Origin: Squalus acanthias
Lineage: Eukaryota
NCBI GenBank assembly: GCA_030390025.1
Contig: CM059432.1
Coordinates: 31,870,001-31,934,000 of the forward strand
DNA length: 64,000 bases
Reading direction: 5' to 3'
Shown: positions 50,635-63,046 of the stretch, in pieces
Layout: each line of letters starts with the position of its first letter
Position numbering within the stretch: the stretch's first letter is position 1
Position numbers and translations under genes: made by a program
The notes under the pieces: generated by a model
Told to the model about the DNA's origin: nothing
Database searches by the model: none
Seen by the model: only the letters and a program-made list of their open reading frames with translations

Positions 50635-51158
50635 AATAACAACAGAAAACGCTGGAAAAACTCAGCAGGCCAGGCAGCATCCGTGGAGAGAGAAAGAGAG
50701 TTGACGTTTCAGGTCGATGACCTTTCATCAGAACTGGGAAGAGCTGGAAATCAAATAGATTTAAGGCCAGGGTAAAGCTGGGAAAAGGGGGAGGGGATAA
50801 AGGAACAAAAGAGGAGATGAAGAGACATTAAGAGACATTAAGAGATATGCAAGGCTAGAGGTGGTGTTAATGTGACAGATTAAGGCTGAATGAAGTGTGA
50901 AATCTACTGGCAGAATGAAGGACAGCTGCCAGCTTCTAGGAGGAAAAAAAAGGTGGGGGGGACAAATAAAAGGGTGGATAAAATAAAATATAAATGTGAT
51001 TGGAGCTGAGGTTATGATCTAAAATTGTTGAACTCGATATTGAGTCCAGAGGGCTGTAGCGTGCCTAAACGAAAGATGAGGTGCTGTTCCTCGAGCTTAC
51101 GCTGAGCTTCCGTGGAACAGTGTATTAGGCCGAGGACGGTGAGGTCAGAGTGGGAGTG
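50635..51158 (-). mobile_element. Penelope-like element 3' end
   Basis: Collinear with 38516-38940. Encodes AQRKLEEQHLIFRLGTLQPSGLNIEFNNF on the minus strand. Confidence 0.8.
50699..50735 (-). ncRNA. Minimal type-I hammerhead ribozyme motif with canonical GUC site
   Basis: Minus strand reads AGTT CTGATGA A AGGTC ATC GACCT GAAA CGT C AACT. Helix I AGTT/AACT, helix II AGGTC/GACCT, self-complementary ACGT, GUC triplet. Confidence 0.68.
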
Positions 51159-52672
51159 ATTGAACCCACAGCGAAGTGTGCAAGGGAATCGCTCTATTCC
51201 TTTTACTCTATTTCCTATTCACCTCGCTTCCCCAAATCCCATTGTTTGTTCATTATGTTCGTACTATGTAATGTTTACTTGCTAAGTCACCTGTGTGTTT
51301 TGCACTCCTATACAGTATTAATAACTGTTGATGGATTGGCATACAGCTGCAATAAATTTTGCATGTGGTATTATATATCCAACCAGGGCAAACATCGTAA
51401 ACTTTTGACAGCCTCTTTTTCAAGGAGGCTCTTAGTGATTTCTAAAGGTAATGGGAAACTCTTCTCTCGTGGTATATGTTATGTTGACAGCTAATGAGTG
51501 ATACATTTCATAGATGGGTTGCTCCACGCACGCACTGACGCTCATTCTCACATACACTTTCACTTCTACAGACATGCGCACACTTTCTTCCTTTGCATCA
51601 AGGATCACTGAATAGCAGCCAGAAGTGGAATACATGTTGCCGCTACCAAGGCTTGTTGTACTGTCCCCACTGTTGCCATGGTTGAGATTACCTAAATTGA
51701 CACAAACCATAGATCAAAACTGGGACTTTTTCTGGCCTCCATGGTTAAATGCCTCAATATGCTGTGCATTTACAACAGCAGCTGATATTTATATAGTAAG
51801 TTCACACAGCAAAACATGCTTGGGGGGTGGCAGTGAGCTCTGAACAGGAAGTCGGGGAGAAGTTAGAGAAGATGACCTTAAGCATGGGCAGATGTATATT
51901 TTGAGAAGGCTTTTGATGAAGGGAAGAGAGTTAGCAAAACAGAGCTTTAGAAAGAGAATTCCCCATTGTAGGGTTGTGATGACTAAAGATTTTATGGTGG
52001 GGCAAGGGGGGAAATGCACAGTAGCAGTCGGGATGAAGAAAATTTCAGAGCTGGAGAGGAATGAAACTATGGAGGAACGTCCCGACAAGGGTAAGCATTT
52101 TAAAGTCAGTGTGCTAGGTGGCACTAAGCCAGTGGAGGATGGCCAGGCCTAGGGTGATGGGGATTTGGTCTTTGTATCACCATCATAGTGATTTTATAAA
52201 GATAACTAGTCAGTAAAGGTAATGTTGCACATTGGAGCCTCAGTACATAGCTCCACAGGCAAGAAGACACTGTTTTATACATAGAGAGCTATCAACCTCA
52301 CCAGTACCATCATGGAAAGGTAGCAAGTAGAAGCTTACCATTTTGCACATAGAGGGAGAAAATAATTGTTTTAAGAGTCATCCCCAGTGCACACTCCTGC
52401 TCCTTGGGACTAATTTCAGAGCACCATTGTCAAGGTGCCTACCCTGCCTTTTGTCAGCATGGTGCACAGCATGGGTTAACAAGGAAGGGATTCTGAAAGG
52501 AGAGAGGATCCGACCGCACTTGCTGTCTTTTTACTAACATTAAAAATTTAGCCAGCATTTGTGCACCATTTGAATTGAGAGCAGACTGTATAATCCTACC
52601 CTTGCACTACAAGAACACTGGATGTCTACATTCCCAGAAAAAATGAACAAAATTGTGGGATTTAAACTCCAG

Positions 52673-53492
52673 AATCATAGAATGGTTACAGCACGGAAGA
52701 AGGCCATTCGGCCCGTCGAGTCCGCACCGGCTCTCTGCAAGAGCACTTTAGCTAGTCCCACTCCCCCACCCTTTCCCCGTAGCCCTGCAAATTTCTTGGT
52801 ACTTATCCAAATCCCTTTTGAAAGCCGTGATTGAGTCTGCCTCCACCACCCTTTCAGGCAGTGCATTCCAGATCCTAACCACTTGTTGCATAAAAAAAGT
52901 TTTTTCTTATGTCACCTTTGATTCTTTTGCCAATCATGTTAAATCTGTGTCCTCTGGTTCTCTACCCTTCTGCCAATGGGAACAGTTTCTCTCTCTCTAC
53001 TCTGTCCAGACCCCTCATGATTTTGAACACCTCTATCAAATTACCTCTCAATCTTCTTTGCTCTACGGAGAATTCCAGCTTCTCCAGTCTATCCACGTAA
53101 CTGAAGTCTCATCCCTGGAATCATTCTCGTAAATCTTTTCTGCACCCTCTCTAAGGCCTTCACATCCTTCATAAAGTGCAGTGCACAGAACTGGACACAC
53201 TACGGCAGTTGGGGCCGTTTTATACAGGTTCATCATAATTTATATGCTTTTGTACTCTATATCTCTATTCATGAAGCCCAGGATCCTGTAAGCTTTTTTA
53301 ACTGCTTCCTCAACCTGCCCTGCCACCTTCAACGATTTGTGCACATATACCTCTAGGTCTCTGTTCATGCACCCCCTTTAGGATTGTACCCTTTAGTTTA
53401 TATTTCCTCTCTTCATTCTTTCTACCAAAATGCATCATTTCGCATTGTTCTGCATTAAATTTGATCTGCCACGTGTCCACCCATTCCACCAG
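52673..53492 (-). mobile_element. CR1 3' fragment
   Basis: aatcatagaatggttacagcacggaagaaggccattcggccc tail. Reverse-complement homologue of 16300-17106. Confidence 0.85.
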
Positions 53493-55769
53493 TTTCTAGT
53501 CGCTGTAAACCAGTCCTGGGTTAAATTGACACAGCGCACCAGTGCCCAAACATTGATGCTTTTTGCTAACGTTAAGAATGCAACAAAGAGCAGCTGGTCA
53601 CGTTCTCCACCCCCCCCACCCCCCCCCCCCCCCACCCCCCCCCCCCCACTCATAGAATCCCTCCTTAGTTATACCATGCCGTGCACCAGCCAGACCTTGC
53701 GTGTGATGGGTACCCTGCATTCAGATCTTCACATGTAAAAGTCTTGCTTTTAAATCTGTTTGTATAAACATCGAAAAATTGAGAACAAACTTGCATTCAG
53801 ATTTAACGTTAAGGTCTCGTTTATGTCAGCTGCTTGTCATGTTTTCTGTATTGTGGGTACCATAACACAGCTGTACATATGAGACTGGCTGGCTGTAGTC
53901 TCCTGTCAAATGCATTTTCTACATTATTATAAATGGGCTTTACAAACTTGCCCACACATCACCTAAAAATAGGACAAGCATTTTGCATAGCCAGAGCTGT
54001 CTGGCAGTGAAATGTTAGGACTGAGATTTATGCTCAAAATGAGCCAAACCTATTTGACCGCATCAAGCTGCTTACTTTTTTTTTTAAGAGTTAGATGAAT
54101 CAAAATAAGTGACTTTTTTTAAAAAACCGCAATGAATGAGTTTCACTCCCAATTTGTGGTCAGCGTAGGGTTGCATCTAGTAGAAAAATCAGCCTTTGAT
54201 AATGTGAAGAAGGTTTGTATCCTGCATAGATGTGATTAAATGGGCTGAAGGGAATTCATCAGCCAAACCCCTCTTGTTTTAATTTGTTTTTTGTATTCAG
54301 TGGAACCATCCTGTTGCAGGCTATAGTGTTTCGAGAGGATTAGGAGACTACCATTCCTTTCATTCCACCTGTTGTTATGTTTCCGTTCTTCCCCTCCACT
54401 ATTTTTAACACACTATGACCGTTCTTATCTGCTGGTTACCATTGATATTGAATATGTGGTATCTGATTGCAAAATGCTTTGTGAAGTTAGTGGGTAAAAG
54501 TCTGCAGTCTCCAATGGGTCTATGTGACCACAAAATTGCCTCTTAACACCGCACTAAGTTGACTAACTCACTCTGGTCACAGTGTGAGCCGAGGCTGGTG
54601 AGAGAAATGAAAAAATGTTGCACTAGCTCTATAGGGGCCACTTTTCTGAAGTTAGGGAAGAATAGGGGCACTTTACTCTGCCTCTACGCATGTTGTATCT
54701 GCTCTGGCAGTACTTGATGCTGACGCTGGATGCCTCAAAGGGGAAAAGTGTTCTGTTGTCTCCCTCACAGTGATGAACACAAAAAAAAACATGGGGAAAA
54801 GGTCATTGGAAGTGCATGTGATGCTGGTCATTTGCCAACTTGTACGAAAATGGTTGTGGTGCAAAAAACTGCCAAGCACTGGAAATCTGAAATGTTAAAA
54901 TTGCCACATCAGGTCCCTCATCATCTGAAAGAGAAATGTTAACTCTACCAAGCAGCAAATAAAAATGAAGGTTCTGACAAAGAGCCTCTAGATGAAACAC
55001 CAATGGACCTGCTATGTATTTCCAGTATTTTCTGGTTGTACTGCAGCTTTTAGTACCCTCTGTAAAATGTTTAAACTTTTCTATGGCTGTCATCTTTTAC
55101 TATTTTCCGACATGTGACAAACAAATTACTTTGACTGCTAGATTTTGTGTGCTGTAAAACCTCCACACCTGGCTATTGGTATGTGCAAGTGGATTTGTTT
55201 CTAGTTACCTTCTTTAATGGGTTTTGTGCTCAAGGTCAGGCATATTAGTGGTAAGAAATTAGTTTCCTGGAAAGTGTGCGTTCTATATGGGCACAGACTT
55301 GCTACACAAAGCACTGGCAGATCACCTATAGCATGTGAGATGCAGAATAAAGCTCCCTCTGTTCTGCCCTAATTACCTGCCGAAGCCCCAACCTCGTGTG
55401 TGCCTCCACCACCAGTGTGACATTTTCCATGCCAGCCATCCTGCAGCCTCTGTTGTATGTGATTCTACATAACTTTGAATCAAGCTATAACTGGTTTTGT
55501 AGATCATTATTTTGTTTACAATTAACTTACCTTTTGCTTACGTCAATCTTTTAAATATTCCCTTTAGTTATGATTAGAGGAGGCGCGTGTAATTGGGGAA
55601 CTGCAACTACCTCTCCAATCCTGTATCCTTGATTGATGCAACCTGTTTTTGTTAAACTGTAGGCAGATGTTAGGACATGGGAAGGACACTCTCTTCTTCG
55701 AATAGAATCTTCTACGTCCTTCGGGCATTTTCTTACGTTAAAGGTGCTATATAAATGCAAGTTGTGGTC

Positions 55770-55942
55770 CACCCGAGCTGACAGATTGGGCTTTAGTTTA
55801 ATATTTCGTCTGAAAGACGGCACTTCTCGCAATGCAGCACTCCCTCATTACTGCACTGAAGTGTCAGCCTAGATTGTGTGCTCATGTCCTGGAGTGGGGC
55901 TTGAAACCACAATCTTCTGACTCCGAGGCAAGTGTGCTACAT
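55770..55942 (-). mobile_element. SacSINE1-like SINE head fragment
   Basis: ctggagtggggcttgaaaccacaatcttctgactccgaggcaagtgtgctac is the reverse of the SINE tRNA head. Confidence 0.65.
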
Positions 55943-56296
55943 ATTACAAATAAACACTGGGCTACAAATTCGTTATAGCCAAGGAATGGGCAGTGCTTAG
56001 ACTAAAAATGGTTAAGTAGCGCCAGGTGAAAATCGTCTAGACTGCACGCAAAATTCATCCTCACTCCTCATTAAAATGATTGCAGTCATGATTCTAGTCT
56101 AAAAATCCAAGCTCACTGGCGTTGCACTGAAAAGACAGACCAATATCGGGTGTAGTCTAAACTTTAGTGAAAAAAGCCTGTGGCAATTACTACTTAAGGG
56201 GAGGTTCATTGATACTGCAGCACCTCATTCTCAGCATTGTTCGGTGTGCAGCTGCCTCAAACAACAAGGATAAGGAGCAGTTATTTACAAACCCTG

Positions 56297-56535
56297 ATGG
56301 CAGATCGCCGCCCCAGGGAGAGAGCGCGGAGGTTTTCCGATGAAGCTTTGGAGGCATTGGTTTTAACGGTGGAGAGAAGGCGGGCGGTCCTGTACCAACT
56401 GGCAGGAGGCCCTCACCACAAGTCTGCCGGACTATGTGGAGGGAGGTGGCACACCACATCACGGGCAGCACTGTGCTCCCCAGGTCCCACACCCAGTGCA
56501 GGAGGAAGTTTAACGAGCTCACACGGGTGGTCCGG
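56297..56535 (+). pseudogene. Harbinger Myb/SANT-like (NAIF1/MSANTD-type) DNA-binding protein, first exon, frameshifted
   Basis: MADRRPRERARRFSDEALEALVLTVERRRAVLY, then after a frameshift WREVAHHIT...RSHTQCRRKFNELTRVVR, followed by a GTGAGT donor. Confidence 0.78.
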
Positions 56536-56899
56536 GTGAGTGAAGGCTTTAACAAATGCTACATACCACCATCTGTACCACAAGCTTCACACACTGCTCA
56601 ATGCACCACACCCCCAGCACTCACCCGCCAACAATCTCTACTTAGCAACACTCACGCCCACGTCTCACACCTTGCACACAATGACAGCTATTCAACTAAG
56701 GCAGGCACGAGGGTCATTAGTTATTAGAATTCATGTGATATGTTTATAGATAAATTTATTAATTGCGTTTGGAATATTTTGTGGTGTCTCTCATTTCAGC
56801 TTTGCGCCCAGGAGGACGCTGTGATATGGTGTGAGACAGGGATGGTATGATGGGGATGTGGTGAGCAACGGGGATCTAGGGTTTCATTCATTCGAATCG

Positions 56900-57450
56900 C
56901 AGTCTGATGGTCCGAAGGTCGAATGTCTCGCTGCCTCCCTCTTCCCTCCTGTTCCTCTTCCTCCTTGTTATCCTCATTGTCCTCATCCTCCTCTGCCTCG
57001 TCCTCCTCCTGAGGTGGTCCCGCAATCCCTTCTGGCAAGGGCTGCACCCTCATGGTGGCCAAGTTGTGGAGCATGTAGCAGACCACCACGAAATGGGATG
57101 CCTGCTCTGGCGAGTACTGGACAGCTCCTCCCGAACGGTCAAGGCAGCGGAACCGTTGCTTCAATAAGCCGATGGTCTGCTCGATGATGTTCCTGGTGGC
57201 AGCATAGCTCTCATTATGAGTGCTGGGCACGAAGGTTGGGGTTGCAGAGGGGAGTCATGAGCCAGGTGGAGAACGGATACCCCTGGTCTCCGAGCAGCCA
57301 CCCTCAAGCTTGACGTGGTGGCTTGAAGAGTTCTGGCACACCAGTCCGGCGCAGGTGTAAGGCATCGTGGCTGCTGCCAGGATAACGGGAATTGACATTG
57401 AGGATTCACTATCTGTGGTCGCACGCCAACTGCACATTAAGTGAGTGATT
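56900..57450 (-). pseudogene. Harbinger (HARBI1-like, DDE_Tnp_4) transposase remnant
   Basis: HSLNVQLACDH, WLLGDQGYPFSTWLMTP, HN...TRNIIEQTIGLLKQRFRCLD...CYMLHNLA and an acidic tail. N-terminus and first catalytic Asp are missing. Confidence 0.85.
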
Positions 57451-58454
57451 TTTAGCAAGTGTTGTACTTTGAAGCCTTTCAAAAATAATGAGGGAGTTTT
57501 GTACTTGCCAGAACACTCCCTGATACCAAAGAACCTTGAAATGACTAAGGAAAACTCTTTCAGGAGCAGGAACTAGCACACAGCCACTCAAACTTCAAAA
57601 ACCTGAGAGGTGCGAGTGATTAGTAAAGATCCCTTTAAATAGCGTCGCTGCAGCTGGCTTCCTGCTGCTGCACGCCACCTGAAGCTGTCATTGCTTTCTC
57701 CAGCTGGTAAGTACCTTGCTAAAACGAAGTTGGGCGATCGGGCGTCCAGTGAGCGTTGCACACTCACTGACTTCGCGATCTCTATCACGGCGAGCTCCCT
57801 GGCGATCGAGGTTACCGGCTGCGCTACAGGCACCACCGATATGGCGTGCGGCGCTGGAACCAGCATCAGCCGTCGTCACAGCTGTCAATGGCACTTTAGC
57901 ACCATCTCCTGGTGCGCCACATGAATTTCTTCCCCTATGAATCCTGGAAATATGAAATAAAAGCAGAAATTGTTAGAAATGGACAGCAGATCTATTACAT
58001 CTGAAAGAGAAGAGATATGTTCACCTTTTGGGTGTGATCTTTATCACTTGGATTGTTCTGATGGAAGGTCTCTCCCAAAATGTTAACCTTTTCTTTTTCA
58101 GATACTGATCTAGCTGCTGTGTATTTCCAGCACTTTCTCTAAAGGTGGGAAATGTACATATATTAAGCTTTTTCTTTGCAGGTCAAAATGGCAGGGAACA
58201 GATATTGTAACAAGCCACAGTGCAATCAAATTCGAGAGGGAACTGGATACTAGTTAGATAAGAAGGGGGTATGTGTAATGTATCCCCATGTTCTAAATAC
58301 ATTTTTCAATAAAACATTAGCAGTAGGAGCCAAAACAGTAAAACTATTTAATCTCTGCTCATTCGGCAGTAAAATAGTCGAACTGCAGAGCAAACCGAGC
58401 AATTGCATGAGGTTGTTTAGTTTAACGATGTGTTTTGTGCATTTTTTTCAAAAC

Positions 58455-58790
58455 AATAAGTTAAATTATGAGGACAGGTTACATAAACTTTGGTTGTATT
58501 CCCATGAGTTTAGATTGTTGAGGGGTGATCTAATTGAGGTGTTTAAAATAATAAATAGATTAGATAGAGTAAATACAGAGAAGCTATTTCCTCTGGTGGG
58601 GGAATCCAGCACAAGGGGGTGTAATCTTAAAATTAGAGCTAGGCCATTCAGAAGTGAAATCAGGAAGCACTTTTACACCAAGTGAAGTGGAAATGTGGAA
58701 CACTCTTCTCCCAAAAAGGCTATGGATTCCAGGGACAACTGAAACTTTCAGTGCGGAGTGATTTTTTTTATTATGTAAGGGTATCAAACA
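58455..58790 (+). mobile_element. CR1 3' fragment
   Basis: YEDRLHKLWLYSHEFRLLRGDLIEVFKII...EKLFPLVGESSTRG. Confidence 0.78.
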
Positions 58791-58791
58791 G

Positions 58792-59107
58792 CCAACTTGC
58801 GCACAGCAAGGTCTCACAAACAGCAATATGATAACCAGATAATCTGCTTTAGTGATGATGGAGGAATAAATATTGGCTGGGACACCAGGGAGAATTCCCC
58901 TGCTCTTCTAATCGTGCCATGGAATCTTTTACATCTACCTGAGGGGGCAGACAGGGACTCAACTTAACATCCGACAGCGCAGCAATCCCTCAATACTGCA
59001 CTGGAGTGTCAGCCTAGTTTTTGTGCTCCACTCTCTCTGGAGTGGAACTTGAACCCACGACCTTCTGACTCGGAGGCGAGAGTGCTACCAACTGAGCCAC
59101 GGCTCGC
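58792..59107 (-). mobile_element. SacSINE1/DeuSINE-like SINE
   Basis: Reverse complement of head and Deu domain. Ends gagtgctaccaactgagccacggct. Confidence 0.78.
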
Positions 59108-60383
59108 ACCCAAAGTGGTGGTGGGCCTTCTCCTTCAATGGCTGCAGTCTGTGTGATATTCTTTGTAGCAGGTTGATACAACTGAGTGGTTTGCTAGGCC
59201 ACTTCAGAGTGCAGTTAAGAGTTAACCATGTTGGTGTGAGACTGGAGTCACATATAGGCCAGACCAGGTAATTTAAAGTTTTATATTTAATTTGAAACAG
59301 ACTTGCGGAAAGCACGTGGTTAGAACATTTTGTTGTGTTTGGCCTTCTGTAACATAGAAACATAGAAAATAGGTACAGGAGTAGACCATTCGGTCCTTCG
59401 AGCCTGCACCGCCATTCAATGCGTTCATGGCTGAACATGCTACCTCAGTACCCCATTCCTGCTTTCTCGCCATACCCCTTGATCCCCTTAGTTGTGAGTG
59501 TTATATCTAACTGTAATTTTTGGTACTTCATCATCTGTGTTACCGAAATAAACACAGACTTCAAAAGGTTGTGTCTGATGGGGATTTTGTCAGTTAAACC
59601 TGAAACCAGGATCTCTATCAATAAAAATTAAAACACAATGAGTGGATGGGGAAATTTGGGGCTTCTGTGGTGCTTAGACTGAGCATCAGTTTCAGCTGAT
59701 CGGTCAGGTTTGTGCAGCAGAGAACCTCGTTTGGTCTGGTCCCAGGCAGTCTGGGTGCATGAGATGTTGAGAAGCTCTCGCCCCTTTCTCTCTGGAAACT
59801 GTGAAGAAAAACAATGAGGTGCAATGAGAGAGGGAGAAGGCACAGAGTGATACGATGAGAAGGCAGGTAGGAGGGGTTAAGAGAAATCGAAAAGGATGGG
59901 CCTGTTCAATCTTGCTGCTCTGTCTGGGATGTACCTGTTCAGCCTTTGTCCTGTTCGCAAAACTGCTTAGGATTTCTCCACCCCGGCCCAGTCACATCAG
60001 TTTCTGCATAGGAGTTAAAAGCACTTTGTTACATAACCTATTTTCTGCTCTGTTCTGACTCTGCCTTCATCCCTCTTTTGATTGACTGCCAACTCTGTTC
60101 CTTCCCCTAATTCTGTATCTCTATCTATTTCATGCTGAATTGATGTTTTCCCATTCTTTTTTCCTCTCTTTTGCCATATATTGTGATGAATCAATTCTCC
60201 ACTCCTCTCCTGGCAATCTGCCCTTGTCCCTCTCCTTGTGTAGGACTTGTTTCTCCCCTCCCATCTTGCTTCCAAAGCCTTGTCCCACTGAGCAATCTGG
60301 GCTGGGTCCCAGGCCTAGGCTGTGAATGGCATTGAGCAGTCATTGGGCCCTTTGATTAGAGTTACCCAATCTTCACTACTCTA

Positions 60384-60833
60384 GTGTCAGCTGTGGCTCA
60401 GTGGGTGGCACACTCGCCTCTGAGTCAGAAGGTCGTGGGTTCAAGTCCCACTCCAGGGACTTGAGCACATAAAGCTAGGCTGACACTCCAGTGCAGTGCT
60501 GAGGGAGTGCTGCTCTGTCGGAGGTGCCATTAAACCGAGGCCCTGTCTGCTCTCTCAGGTGGACGTAAAAGATCCTATGGCACTATTTTGAAGAAGAGTA
60601 GGGGAGTTATCCCCGGTGTCCTGGCCAATACTTATCCCTCAATCAACATAACAAAAACAGATTATCTGGTCATTATCACATTGTTGTTTGTGGGAGCTTG
60701 CTGTGTGCAAATTGGTTGCCACGTTTCCCACATTACAACAGTGACTACCTCCAAAAAAGTACTCATTGGCTGTAAAGCGCTTTGAGACGTCAGGTGGGCG
60801 TGAAAGGCGCTATATAAATGTAAGTCTTTCTTC
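60384..60833 (+). mobile_element. Essentially full-length SacSINE1/DeuSINE-like SINE
   Basis: Pol III A box tggctcagtgg and B box ggttcaagtcc. Deu domain aaaccgaggccc...gtaaaagatcctatggcact...ccccggtgtcctggccaa. L2-shared tail aaaggcgctatataaatgtaagtc. Confidence 0.85.
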
Positions 60834-60904
60834 TCCTCTGCATCCTAGCCTGACCATCAGGTGAATTGGCAGAGGCTTAAACCTAGGCACAAGAAATGAG
60901 TCCT

Positions 60905-61412
60905 GAGTGACTCCTGAGACATTGGAAAAGATGCAAAAAAGATTCACATGGATGATACCAGAACTGAGAGGATATACTTATCAGGAAAGGCTGAACTGGC
61001 TGGGGCTCTATTCTCCAGAAAAGAGAAGGCTGAGGGGTTAATAGGTCTTCAGAAGTCGGTAATAAAGCCAATAGGGAATTCAGGAGAAGCTTCTTTACTC
61101 AGAGTGGTGAAAATGTGGAACATGGAGTAGTTGAGGCAAATAGCATAGATGCATTTAAGGGGACGTTAGATAAGCACATGAGGGAGAAAGGAATAGAAGA
61201 TTATGCTGATAGGGTTAGATGAAGAGGGGTGGGTGGAGGCTCGTGTGGAGCATTAATGCCGGCATAGACCAGTTGGGTCGAATCGCCTGTTTCTGTGCTG
61301 TAGGCTTGATGTAAAGGCGGATAAATAGAGTTGAAGTACAGATCACCCATGATCTAATTGAATGGTGGAACAGGCTTCAGGGGCTGTATGGTCTTCCTAT
61401 GTTCCTATTCTT
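60905..61412 (+). mobile_element. Decayed CR1 3' fragments (two tails)
   Basis: LRVVKMWN remnant. gcatttaaggggacgttagataagcacatgagggag and cttcctatgttcctattct tails. Confidence 0.6.
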
Positions 61413-62301
61413 AAATACTGAGACTTTTTTTCGCTTCTGGAACATCATTACTGGTGGAAATTCATCTTTGTTTAAAGGAATTAAACATTTTTTAAAAAAA
61501 TCTTGGTAATTGGGCGTTGCTGGTAAGGCTGGCATTTGTTGCCCTTCAGAAGCTGGTGGTGGGCCGCCTTCTTGAACCGCTGCAGTCTGTGTGCATCCGA
61601 TTTTATACTCGTTCCTTTCTAGCAGAAATAAAAAGCTGGGTGTTTTTTTTGCAAGCACCTTTGGAAGCAGCAGTCTTTTACGCATACTTTCAACAACAAC
61701 ATGCAATTATAGAGCAACCCTCACATAGAAAACATCTTGGAGTACTTCACAGGGAGAGGCCAACCAGTAGGAAGGAGAAATCAATTGAACGCATGGTTGA
61801 AGGGAGAGGTTTATAAGTTGCTTAGAGGGGAGTGGGGTAGCAAGGTTCTGGGAGGAAAGAGCGGGGCAAAGTGTCTCAAAGATCTCTGGTGCGGTGGAAG
61901 GACCAGAAGCAATGCAGAACTGGAGGATCAGTGAGTGCAGGCTGGGGTATGATTGGTGAAGGTTGCTGTGAAGCGAGGAGGGATTTCCCTACCTCCCTCC
62001 TTTTTAAAAAAAAAAGTTAACTACTTTAAGCTGCCAAAAAGAACATAAAATGCTGGCAATGAACAGCATATGATAAAGATGTGTTAATATTTTGGGTATA
62101 AGCCTTTATAAGAGACCTGTGTCTCTTTAATCCCTTCTAAGATGTAAGGTTGGCACCACTTATTTAACCTAATACCAGTGGCTTTTTTTATTTTATGTTT
62201 GTATCTGTATAATCTTTTACAGTTATCTTGTTGATGTTGAATTTATAAATGTACTTGTGCATTTAATTCATTTACTTTTTTCCCCCCCTCTTTCTCAACA
62301 G

Positions 62302-62337
62302 TCCCCCCGAGTGAAAGAGTCTCCACAGGGTCCAGAT
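62302..62337 (+). CDS. OXSR1: OXSR1 36-nt in-frame microexon
   Basis: Long pyrimidine tract + caacag acceptor, GTGAGT donor. Encodes SPRVKESPQGPD, continuing ...SQLR|SPRVKES as in OXSR1. Confidence 0.9.
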
Positions 62338-62347
62338 GTGAGTCTGA

Positions 62348-62790
62348 GATTTTTTTTTTTCTACTTGTTCTTGGGATGTGGATAACGTTGGCAAGGCTGT
62401 GTTTATTGCCCATTCCTAGTTGACCTGAAAGATGGTGATGGGCCTTCTCCTTGATCTGTTCCAGTCCTTGTGGTGATGGACACTCTCAATGGTGTTAGGG
62501 AGGGAATGTCAGGGTTTTGAGCCAGTGATGAAAGAACGCTGATATGTCTAAATTATGTCAGTACGTCACTTGGAGGGGAATTTGGAGATGATGGTATCCC
62601 CACAACATTGCTGCTATTGCCCTTCTCTGATAGAGGTTACGGGATGGAAGTTCTGTTGAAGTAAACTTGGTGAGTTGCTGCAGTGCACCCTGTAGATTGT
62701 ACATACTGCAGCCACAGTGCACCAGTGGTGGAGGGAGTTCACATCAAGTCCAGTGGCAGGGATGTCGATCAAGCGAACTGCACTATCAGT
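62348..62790 (-). mobile_element. Unclassified LINE 3' end with poly-A, abutting the microexon donor
   Basis: T11 then tgggatgtggataacgttggcaaggctgtgtttattgccca. Reverse of the family at 36290-36595. Confidence 0.65.
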
Positions 62791-62976
62791 ATCTGTGTTT
62801 AATATTTGGAAGGAATTGTTAAAAACTAGTTAACTTTTTTCAGTGTGATAATTAAAAAAATTTATTAATGTAAAAAGATTACTGATGACATTGTTGAGGA
62901 AACTGGCTAGGAGAGAGGGTGTCTGAGTTCTACTTTTCATAAGAATGTCTATAGTGAGAAAAGACTGTTCGGCCCA

Positions 62977-63046
62977 TCAAACTTGCTCCATTCTGAGTCT
63001 CTGTATCTCAAACTTGCTCCATCCTGAGTCTCTGTATCTCAAACTT
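62977..63046 (+). repeat. 31-bp tandem duplication (2.3 copies)
   Basis: tcaaacttgctcca(tt/tc)ctgagtctctgtatc twice, plus tcaaactt. Confidence 0.85.

Larger units (their letters stand above)
55959..57935. mobile_element. Internally deleted PIF/Harbinger DNA transposon
   Basis: Imperfect TIRs gggctacaaattc / gaatttcttcccc (10/13). Carries convergent Myb/SANT-like and DDE transposase remnants. Confidence 0.8.

Noticed and set aside
53605..53650. Poly-C runs (also ~10894, ~33787, ~43768) as poly-Pro/Gly coding sequence or functional G-quadruplexes
   Set aside because: Simple homopolymers without splice context. Their lengths are error-prone and there is no supporting evidence.
56796..57230. 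Domesticated HARBI1 gene
   Set aside because: Truncated and frameshifted, inside TIRs with a Myb partner. It is a transposon relic.
60384..60460. tRNA genes at SINE heads (also 24482, 21972, 59107)
   Set aside because: A and B boxes are present, but each continues into the SINE body and no complete cloverleaf is evident.
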